A DNA stretch of 64,000 nucleotides, taken from positions 34,515 to 98,514 of the forward strand of contig CAZVUT010000001.1 in assembly GCA_964630155.1 (NCBI GenBank), in the 5' to 3' direction. Shown one piece after another: positions 57,650 to 64,000 of this stretch. Below the pieces are notes generated by a model. The model ran no database searches. It was given only the letters and a program-made list of their open reading frames with translations, and was not told the origin of the DNA. Source of the stretch: an uncultured Synergistaceae bacterium. GTDB lineage: Bacteria; Synergistota; Synergistia; Synergistales; Aminobacteriaceae. The position numbers were made by a program, and so were the translations under genes. How positions within the stretch are numbered: position 1 is the stretch's first letter; every line of letters begins with the position of its first letter.

Positions 57650-58660
57650 TCACTCCGTTTGCTTCCGGATGTTCCGGATATTTCGAAGATGTTCCTGATA
57701 ATTTTTAGAAAAAACATGTTCTCCATTCTTTTTCAGAACATAATATAGAAAGTCGTTCGTGTCGGGTTTCATCGCCGCAGTCCAGGAAGACAGCGAAGGA
57801 ACGCAAATCGGTTCCGGCGGAAGGCCTTTTGTCTTGTACGTGTTCAGAGGGGATTCAATCTCAAGGTGCCTGTTGAGGACTCGCTTGATGATCCGTCCCT
57901 GACGCTTCCATGCGTATACGACGGTCGCATCGATCTGCAACGGCATGCCTGCTCGTATTCGATTTTCGATGACGCCTGCGATCAAAGGACGTTCCTTTTC
58001 GAGGAAAGCTTCGCGCTCGACAAGAGAAGCGACAACAGCGCGATTCAGAAGATCCCCGGATGTTATGTCCTGTAACGACGCTCCAAGCCGAGCCCACCAG
58101 AGTTCAGAGGATGCCTTCAAAAGAGCGTCGAACGTTTTCTCAGGAACATCATACGTTTCCGGAAGCAGGAATGCAATTCTCGAGTCCGCCGAAACCGGGA
58201 GCAACGGACGAAGCAACGCCGGAAAGTTTTCGTCTTTCAGCAACGATTTCCTGAGCACAGGAGCGGATGAGGAGAAAGTTTCTTCGAGCGTAAAAATATC
58301 CGCTCCGGGAACGATCCTGAGCGTTATTTTTTCGGGAACAGTCGACTGAAGTTGACGTGCGACTTCCCAGGACGTCCCCTTTCGTACGGAATAGATCCCG
58401 GGTTTGAAAGACCTGTCGAGTCGGAATCTGTGAAGCCAGCGTGCAAAATCCGAAGCGGATGGGACAACATCCGCTGACCGGAAGGCATCAGCTATCTCTA
58501 TGCCGTTCTTCCCGGGTGCGATAAACACGCGCACCGGCGTTCCGGTTCCGAGCGGAAACATCCGATCCCAATCATCTGCCGTAACGCTGCAAAATACGTA
58601 GATGAGCGCAATGGCGCAGAGAACGAACACAAGGTCGAAAAAGATCCAAATCCACTTCAT
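57650..58660 (-). CDS. mltG: Endolytic murein transglycosylase MltG (YceG family)
   Basis: It has an N-terminal TM helix and the YceG core (ASLVEREA...PLQIDATVVYA...SPLNTYKTKGLPPEPICVP). Confidence 0.9.
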   Translation of the reverse strand: MKWIWIFFDLVFVLCAIALIYVFCSVTADDWDRMFPLGTGTPVRVFIAPGKNGIEIADAFRSADVVPSASDFARWLHRFRLDRSFKPGIYSVRKGTSWEVARQLQSTVPEKITLRIVPGADIFTLEETFSSSAPVLRKSLLKDENFPALLRPLLPVSADSRIAFLLPETYDVPEKTFDALLKASSELWWARLGASLQDITSGDLLNRAVVASLVEREAFLEKERPLIAGVIENRIRAGMPLQIDATVVYAWKRQGRIIKRVLNRHLEIESPLNTYKTKGLPPEPICVPSLSSWTAAMKPDTNDFLYYVLKKNGEHVFSKNYQEHLRNIRNIRKQTE

Positions 58661-59682
58661 GATGCTTCGTCCCGCGAAGTATCATCCATCGTCATATAAA
58701 GATGCGCTCCGCAATTCCGACACCCGCCTTCCGCGTTCAGCCCCGTTCGGGAAATATCGTATCCCCGCCTCGAAACCGCAATAGAGCCGCATTTAGGACA
58801 GATTGTATCGGACAGGCGATTCACATTACCGAGGTAGACATACCGGAGCAGGCGCTCGGCGGTTATGGCCATGGCGTCCAGAAGCGTTTCGGGCGTCGCA
58901 GGCCTGTTCCACCGATGACGCGGAAAATACCGGCTCAGATGCAACGGGATATCCGGCGATATGGACGCTATCCATTCGACTTCGCGTGTCAAGCCATCAG
59001 GGGCGTCGCTGATGCCCGGAACGACGAGCGTCGTAATTTCCACGTGGAGATTCGCTTCGTACATACGCTCAACAGTCCGCTTGACGCAATCGAGATCTCC
59101 TCCGAGGCTCCGGTATGTGACGGAATCGAATGCTTTCACATCGATGTTCGCGGCGGAGAGGCAAGGCAAAAGCGCCAGGAGCGGCTCTTCGCGGATCATT
59201 CCGTTGCTGACGAGGACGACGGCTATGCCCTCATTTCGTAAGACTGCGGCGCAATCTGCGATGAACTCGTACCAGACGAGTGGTTCGTTGTATGTGAACG
59301 CTACGGCGCGCGTGTTGTTCGTTCGGGCGAGGCGAAGGACGTCCGGGATGCCGAGATCCTGTAATCGAATCCCCTTCTCCCATGTCGCGATTTCCCAGTT
59401 CTGACAGAATGGACAGGCCATCGAACAACCGACCGTTCCAATTGAGAGAATGTCGGTTCCTGGTCTCCAGTGATAGAGAGGTTTCTTTTCAACAGGGTCA
59501 AGAGCTATTGACGAAGCGCGTCCGTACACGAGCGATGTCATGATACCGCCTTCGTTCCGCCGCACGCGGCAGAATCCGGTCTCTCCCTCGGCAAGCAAGC
59601 AGGAATGAGGACAAAGATCACAACGCACATTCGTGTTTTCGGTATGCCACCAGTCTGCTTTTCGGAGTCCGTTCAGGCTCAT
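58657..59682 (-). CDS. amrS: AmmeMemoRadiSam system radical SAM enzyme
   Basis: The N-terminal Cys-rich segment is CDLCPHSCLLAEGETGFCRVR. The radical SAM cluster is GCSMACPFCQNWE. The C-terminus has CPKC...CRNC. It is adjacent to AMMECR1/Memo-like genes. Confidence 0.85.
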   Translation of the reverse strand: MSLNGLRKADWWHTENTNVRCDLCPHSCLLAEGETGFCRVRRNEGGIMTSLVYGRASSIALDPVEKKPLYHWRPGTDILSIGTVGCSMACPFCQNWEIATWEKGIRLQDLGIPDVLRLARTNNTRAVAFTYNEPLVWYEFIADCAAVLRNEGIAVVLVSNGMIREEPLLALLPCLSAANIDVKAFDSVTYRSLGGDLDCVKRTVERMYEANLHVEITTLVVPGISDAPDGLTREVEWIASISPDIPLHLSRYFPRHRWNRPATPETLLDAMAITAERLLRYVYLGNVNRLSDTICPKCGSIAVSRRGYDISRTGLNAEGGCRNCGAHLYMTMDDTSRDEAS

Positions 59683-61001
59683 CGTTCCTCCGGGGAGTGT
59701 CGGCGTTCTTTATACCGATTAACGGTGAATCGGTATAAAGAGGAACTGAGCGGATCTCGAATTCCGGCCTTCATGGAGGCTATCCGAAGCTGTTCCTCGA
59801 CGGAGTCAACGCCTTCAAGATCGGGAAGAAGCACGCCGCGCCGCGCTCCCTGCTCAAGGATCACGCCATAGATGCGAGGGTTCAGTTCTTCGATGCCGTT
59901 TACGCGCTCGGGGTGCGAAAGAACATCCACCGAGAAATGCAGGTCCGTCAGTTCTGTTCGGTTGACTGGCGGAAAACGCGGGTCGTGAAAAGCCGCCGAG
60001 ACGGCGTTCGAAATGACTTCCTCCACAAGAGCGGCATGTTGCGGCAGGATCGTTCCGATACAGCCGCGAAGATTTCCGTCGCCCGTCTTCAGGCTCACGA
60101 AACACGCGTTCGCGGCGGATAATACCGGATCGTCATCGACAGGCGGAGCCGAAAGCACCCGTCCCGTTTCGAGCATTTCTTCGACAGCCCGTCGTGCAAC
60201 GGAAGGAAGGTACAGGGCGGGATCAAGCGCGGCGCAGGCGACGCAGTACCCGACTCCGAACGGCCCTTCGTACGAAAGAACCGTTCGATGTTCCTTTTCG
60301 GTCAATCCGAGAAACGTTGCGACGGAGCGAAATCCGCACTCGCCCGCCGCTTCGACGAGAGAGTCGGGCAAAGAGAGAAGCTCGGCTCCGCTGCCTTCAC
60401 GGATGCTCCGAACCACGTTTTCGTCGAAGAAACGTCCCTGTGCGTCGTATCCGGCGGGAGCCCCGGGAATCAGCCGATGGGAGAGATCGGCGCTTCCGAT
60501 GAAGCCCCATGTCGCATCGTGGTCAAAGTCCGCCAGAATTTTCCCGAGCTTGTAGGCGTCCTTCGGACTCATCCCTATCGGGTTCGCAAGCACAAGACGC
60601 GTCCGGCCGTTCCATGATTCGCCCAGAAACGACAAGGGAACCAGGCTCGCGTGATCGAGCGCCCCCTTTTGCGGACGAAGAATCGTTACGGGAAGATTCC
60701 GTGATATCTCCCTCGTCAGCGTCTCGCCTTCCTCGACGGCTCCGCGGAAGGACCATTTCCGTCCGGAAGCTCCGAACCGCGAGAAGTCGCCTTCGTATCG
60801 GTCTGCGAGTATGACGCAGAGTCCTTCTGAGTAGGGAGCGTGCGGAGAAAGGACCAGCACAATGTCCGGAATGAGCGGAGAGAGCCTTGCGGAAAGCCGT
60901 TTCATAGCTGTTACGGTGTTGGCGGCTGGGGCTTCGTTTCCCTTCCCGACCTCAGGTACGATTATTGGAGGGTGTGGAGTGACGCATTTCCATATCCACA
61001 T
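59679..61001 (-). CDS. amrA: Fusion protein: Memo/class-III extradiol dioxygenase-like domain (AmrB-type) plus AMMECR1 domain (AmrA-type)
   Basis: The N-terminal ~265 aa carry LSPHAPY, DHASLVPL, GSADLSHRL and AGECGF. The C-terminal ~170 aa carry ACFVSLKTGDGNLRGCIGT, HDPRFPPV and GVLLP. Confidence 0.8.
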   Translation of the reverse strand: MWIWKCVTPHPPIIVPEVGKGNEAPAANTVTAMKRLSARLSPLIPDIVLVLSPHAPYSEGLCVILADRYEGDFSRFGASGRKWSFRGAVEEGETLTREISRNLPVTILRPQKGALDHASLVPLSFLGESWNGRTRLVLANPIGMSPKDAYKLGKILADFDHDATWGFIGSADLSHRLIPGAPAGYDAQGRFFDENVVRSIREGSGAELLSLPDSLVEAAGECGFRSVATFLGLTEKEHRTVLSYEGPFGVGYCVACAALDPALYLPSVARRAVEEMLETGRVLSAPPVDDDPVLSAANACFVSLKTGDGNLRGCIGTILPQHAALVEEVISNAVSAAFHDPRFPPVNRTELTDLHFSVDVLSHPERVNGIEELNPRIYGVILEQGARRGVLLPDLEGVDSVEEQLRIASMKAGIRDPLSSSLYRFTVNRYKERRHSPEER

Positions 61002-61023
61002 GGAAACACCACCTTTCGCGTCT

Positions 61024-62076
61024 TCAAAGTAGAATCATCGCGTCTCCGAATGAGAAGAAACGATATCGCATTGAGACGGCTTCGCGGTACGCCTGCATGA
61101 CTCTATTGTACCCGCCGAACGCGCAAACGAGCATAAGGAGCGTACTTTTCGGCAAGTGAAAATTCGTGATAAGTCCGTCGATAATCCGAAACCGAAACCC
61201 GGGATAGATAAAAAGGGACGTATCCCGCGTTCCTTCCAGGAGCGAATTATCTTCAGCGAAACTCTCGAGCGTTCGAGCGACGGTGGTTCCGGCTGCTATG
61301 ACGCGTCCTCCGCGTTTCCGACATTCGTGCACGGCAACGGCCGTTTCGTGCGGAAGAAGGCAGAATTCCGAATGCATGTGGTGATCCCGTATGTCCGGAA
61401 CGGATACGGGACGAAACGTGCCGAGCCCGACATGAAGCGTTACCCATGATATCGGAATACCCTTCGATCGAATCGAATCGAGGAGCGTTTCGGAAAAATG
61501 GAGACTGGCTGTCGGCGCCGCGCAGGATCCCGATTCTCTGGCGAAAATCGTCTGATAGGCCTCTTTCGGCGCCGACGAATCGGTTATGTAGGGAGGCAAA
61601 GGAACGTCGCCGATTGTGTCAAGCAGCTTCAGGACATCGATTTCTTCCGGGAAGCGAACGATGCGGATGCCTTCGTCCAGTTCATCGAGCACGGAAAGAG
61701 GGGTTCCGTCGCCAAGGATCACTCGCATGCCGGCGTGAAGTCTTTTGGCGGGACGTACGAGCGCCTGCCACTGCCGAAACGAGGTTCCTTCCGAGCGAAG
61801 CAGCAGGACTTCGATTCTTGCGGAGCCGGGGTCCTTTCGTCCGTGAAGGCGGGCAGGCAGAACCCGGGTATCGTTCAGAACGAGAAGATCCTCAGGACGC
61901 AAGAGATCCGTCAAATCCCGGAAATGACGATGTTCGCGGCATTCGGTCTCTCGCCGGAGAACCAACAGGCGCGATGAATCTCTGGGATCCGCCGGATTCT
62001 GTGCGATAAGTTCTTCAGGGAGATCGTAGTCATATGCGTCTGTTTGAAGCAGGTCGGCGCCTGAAAACGTTTTTAT
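61024..62076 (-). CDS. queA: S-adenosylmethionine:tRNA ribosyltransferase-isomerase QueA (start codon unresolved)
   Basis: LLVLNDTRVLPARLHG, TLHVGLGTFRPV, AAGTTVARTLE, and an FSFGDAM tail are present. The conserved N-terminus YDYDLPEELIAQNP...SRLLVL is in frame upstream of the ORF-track TTG (61965), with no ATG, GTG or TTG before it. Candidate starts are CTG 62052 and ATA 62076. Confidence 0.8.
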   Translation of the reverse strand: MKTFSGADLLQTDAYDYDLPEELIAQNPADPRDSSRLLVLRRETECREHRHFRDLTDLLRPEDLLVLNDTRVLPARLHGRKDPGSARIEVLLLRSEGTSFRQWQALVRPAKRLHAGMRVILGDGTPLSVLDELDEGIRIVRFPEEIDVLKLLDTIGDVPLPPYITDSSAPKEAYQTIFARESGSCAAPTASLHFSETLLDSIRSKGIPISWVTLHVGLGTFRPVSVPDIRDHHMHSEFCLLPHETAVAVHECRKRGGRVIAAGTTVARTLESFAEDNSLLEGTRDTSLFIYPGFRFRIIDGLITNFHLPKSTLLMLVCAFGGYNRVMQAYREAVSMRYRFFSFGDAMILL

Positions 62077-63494
62077 CTTTGCGTCAGCTCCGTTCCGGGA
62101 TAATAGTGCTGCAAAATTTTCTTATGAGACCACCCCGCCTCGGCAAGGGACTTCGCTCCCCATTGAGACATACCGACACCGTGCCCCCAGCCTTTTCCCG
62201 TGAAAAGAAATGATTGTCCTCCACCCGACCCTGAATACGGTTCCGTCGGAGGTGTGACCCGAGGCCTGTTCGAGCCTTTTGAGCGGTTTATCGCTTCGAT
62301 CAGATACCCCTTCCGCGTCTCCGGCCGCTTGAGCATATCGAGCAGCTCTTCGGTTGAAAACGCACCCTGTTCCGTGAGTGTCATCAACGCCTGTTCTTCC
62401 CGGAAGGACATCGGTGTCGTGGAAAGAGGGATCGAACGGTTCTTTCCGGAAGTTTGTGTGTTTCCGACAATTTCCTGCGGCCTCGATTTCGGCGCCGGCG
62501 CAGCGGATGCGATGGAGGGCGCACCGCTCGCCGTGACGGAGAACATGGTGCTTTTTATGACGGAGGATCCTGCAGCCATCCTGAAATCGTGCGCTTTGAC
62601 GGAAGCACGACCGTTTGATCCGGAAACAAGCAACTGGACGGCCCGACCGGCTCTGTCAGAAGTTTGAACGGATATATTCGAAACACGCCCCACGGATTTC
62701 TTCAAACGCAACAGTATGGATTCAATCTCCGAAGCGGAAAGTCGCCGTTCCCAGTCCGAGTTCGGAGAAGCGTACGAAACCGGCTCCTTCGAACCGGAAA
62801 GATACGGATACGAGCCGCCCCAAACATCCCGTATATCGGCGGTGTTTCCGCCGCTATCAGAATGGAACGGAGTGAACGCGATCGATCCGCCGTAACTGAG
62901 CACCATGCCGTGAGTGCTTCTGATGGCGGCGTCGCAACGCGGATCTTCGGCGTTAACGCCTCTGTAAACCTGGGACTCGGTCGAATCCGAAACATCGTAT
63001 TCCCGTCCGTTTGAACCGGAGATCCTGCGCAGAGCATAGGTTCGCGAAACAATGGCCTGCGCCTTCAGCGCTTCGGTCGGCCAGGCCGGGTTCGCCTCCA
63101 TTTTGAGAACTCCGCGGAGATATGCCTCGCTGTCCACGACGTTGATTACGGAGAGTCCTTCCGCTGTTCCGGCGATCCGGATGTTTCCCCGAAAGCGCGT
63201 CTTGCCGAATAAAAGAGGAGCCGAAGACGAGAGTGTTACAGGCAGAGTCCGGGGTTTTCCGTCGACAAGAACCGATCTCGCCGAACTCATTGAAAGGCGG
63301 ACTGTTCCTCCATGCGTTGTTTTTCTGCCGGACGCATCCTGAAGAGAAATCGAATGGGCCGACGATATCGTTGCTGTCGAAATACCGCTTTCGAGAAGCA
63401 CCCGGACTGTCTGCGCTTCGGACGGGTGCGGAAAAAAGAAAATTACGAGTGATAACAATACGAAGAATGATTTATGGGGAATGATACTATTCAT
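62073..63494 (-). CDS. SpoIID/LytB-domain protein (lytic transglycosylase / amidase enhancer family)
   Basis: It has a signal peptide and the SpoIID core (EAYLRGVLKMEANPAWPTEALKAQAIVSRTYAL...FHSDSGGNT). The C-terminal block is GKGWGHGVGMSQWGA...ILQHYYPGT. Confidence 0.85.
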   Translation of the reverse strand: MNSIIPHKSFFVLLSLVIFFFPHPSEAQTVRVLLESGISTATISSAHSISLQDASGRKTTHGGTVRLSMSSARSVLVDGKPRTLPVTLSSSAPLLFGKTRFRGNIRIAGTAEGLSVINVVDSEAYLRGVLKMEANPAWPTEALKAQAIVSRTYALRRISGSNGREYDVSDSTESQVYRGVNAEDPRCDAAIRSTHGMVLSYGGSIAFTPFHSDSGGNTADIRDVWGGSYPYLSGSKEPVSYASPNSDWERRLSASEIESILLRLKKSVGRVSNISVQTSDRAGRAVQLLVSGSNGRASVKAHDFRMAAGSSVIKSTMFSVTASGAPSIASAAPAPKSRPQEIVGNTQTSGKNRSIPLSTTPMSFREEQALMTLTEQGAFSTEELLDMLKRPETRKGYLIEAINRSKGSNRPRVTPPTEPYSGSGGGQSFLFTGKGWGHGVGMSQWGAKSLAEAGWSHKKILQHYYPGTELTQR

Positions 63495-63687
63495 GCAACA
63501 CCCTCCAAATTTATATGCTTGAAGTTAGTATAATACATTTAAACACCTTTAATACGTAACTGAAAAAACATGACTGTTGTCGGTCGAACGCGCCGGATCT
63601 TTCCCGGGAAAACATCTTCTGAAAGTCCGGCCGAAAATGACCGGTGCGAATCCGGGTGCAGCAGGGTCATTCACGAAAGACGGCGAG

Positions 63688-64000
63688 TTATTTTTCGGAA
63701 AGAGGTGTCTCGTCCGCGGAAGGGAAAAGATGCAATTCCTCCGTTTTCCACCGCGGGTACGGAACCCTGAGATAGTCATACGCGATTTTCGTCGCGCGTC
63801 GTCCTCTCGCGGTTCTTTCAAGAAAGCCCTGCTGGATGAGGTACGGTTCATAGATATCTTCGATCGTCTGGGCTTCTTCATTGATTGCGGCGGCGATCGT
63901 CGAGAGTCCGACCGGACCTCCGTCGAAAAGTTCGACGATGATTTTGAGAATACGTCTGTCTCCGTCGTCGAGGCCGAGCATATCGAGTCCAAGCATGTCG
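63688..64000 (-). CDS. ruvB: Holliday junction branch migration helicase RuvB, C-terminal part (partial; runs off the window end)
   Basis: [62 protein letters not shown] is the typical RuvB winged-helix C-terminal domain. Confidence 0.9.
   Translation of the reverse strand, partial: DMLGLDMLGLDDGDRRILKIIVELFDGGPVGLSTIAAAINEEAQTIEDIYEPYLIQQGFLERTARGRRATKIAYDYLRVPYPRWKTEELHLFPSADETPLSEK

Noticed and set aside
58657-59682. Radical SAM, small ORF and TldD read as a RiPP biosynthetic cluster
   Set aside because: The radical SAM enzyme has the AmmeMemoRadiSam-type architecture and is paired with AMMECR1/Memo domains. The 75-aa ORF shows no leader/core organisation or repeated Cys pattern. The idea appears only as a speculative remark in the orf75 finding.
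62031-62033. ATG (minus strand) as the queA start
   Set aside because: It is +1 out of frame relative to the conserved YDYDLPEELIAQ coding frame and hits a stop after about 41 codons. The Tyr codon overlapping it belongs to the conserved motif.
63549-63992. 147-aa minus-strand ORF overlapping the ruvB 3' end
   Set aside because: It is out of frame with the clearly conserved RuvB C-terminal domain (63688..64000) and is rich in Ser/Arg.

Overview
The window is about 64 kb of densely packed bacterial chromosome with about 65 protein genes, one tRNA and RNase P RNA. I found no transposases, integrases other than XerD, prophage genes, CRISPR arrays or recognisable defence genes.

Gene content, left to right:
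- xerD, the nucleoside phosphorylases punA and pdp, an M23 peptidase, a NUDIX hydrolase and a 622-aa orphan lipoprotein.
- tRNA-Gly(CCC), followed by a complete nine-gene V-type ATPase operon in the order G/H-I-K-E-C-F-A-B-D. The K subunit carries the Enterococcus-type Na+-binding residues.
- An orphan cheR on the minus strand, then rnpB.
- A full dcw cluster (mraZ-rsmH-ftsL-ftsI-murE-murF-mraY-murD-ftsW-murG-murC-murB-ftsQ-ftsA-ftsZ) plus a SPOR protein.
- moaA-moaC-moaB, rapZ-yvcK-whiA and pgk-tpiA.
- A long minus-strand section: rsfS-LCP-nadD-obg, rpmA-prp-rplU, recN-nadK-tlyA-dxs-ispA-xseB, and ftsK-tldD-orf75-mltG-amrS-amrBA-queA-spoIID-ruvB. rpmB lies on the plus strand between xseB and ftsK.

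The gene orders (rapZ-yvcK-whiA; L21-Prp-L27-obg; xseB-ispA-dxs-tlyA-nadK-recN) resemble Firmicutes- or Synergistetes-like anaerobes. That taxonomic reading is inference only.

Observations most worth a second look:
1. Strongly AT-rich segments, a few hundred bp each, cut through cheR and the essential dcw/mur genes. Smaller patches occur in moaA and whiA. The rest of the window is roughly 50-65% G+C by hand counts.
2. A two-gene AmmeMemoRadiSam system (a Memo-like/AMMECR1 fusion plus its radical SAM enzyme) is translationally coupled to mltG, an unannotated 75-aa ORF, a solo tldD and ftsK.
3. The conserved N-terminus of queA lies upstream of any ATG, GTG or TTG codon. An ATAA junction with the spoIID stop suggests non-canonical initiation.
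4. Several proteins have unusual architecture: MoaB with an N-terminal extension, YvcK with a predicted membrane anchor, and SpoIID with an insertion of about 108 aa.

I did not find a clear-cut new multi-gene system of the defence or toxin type.
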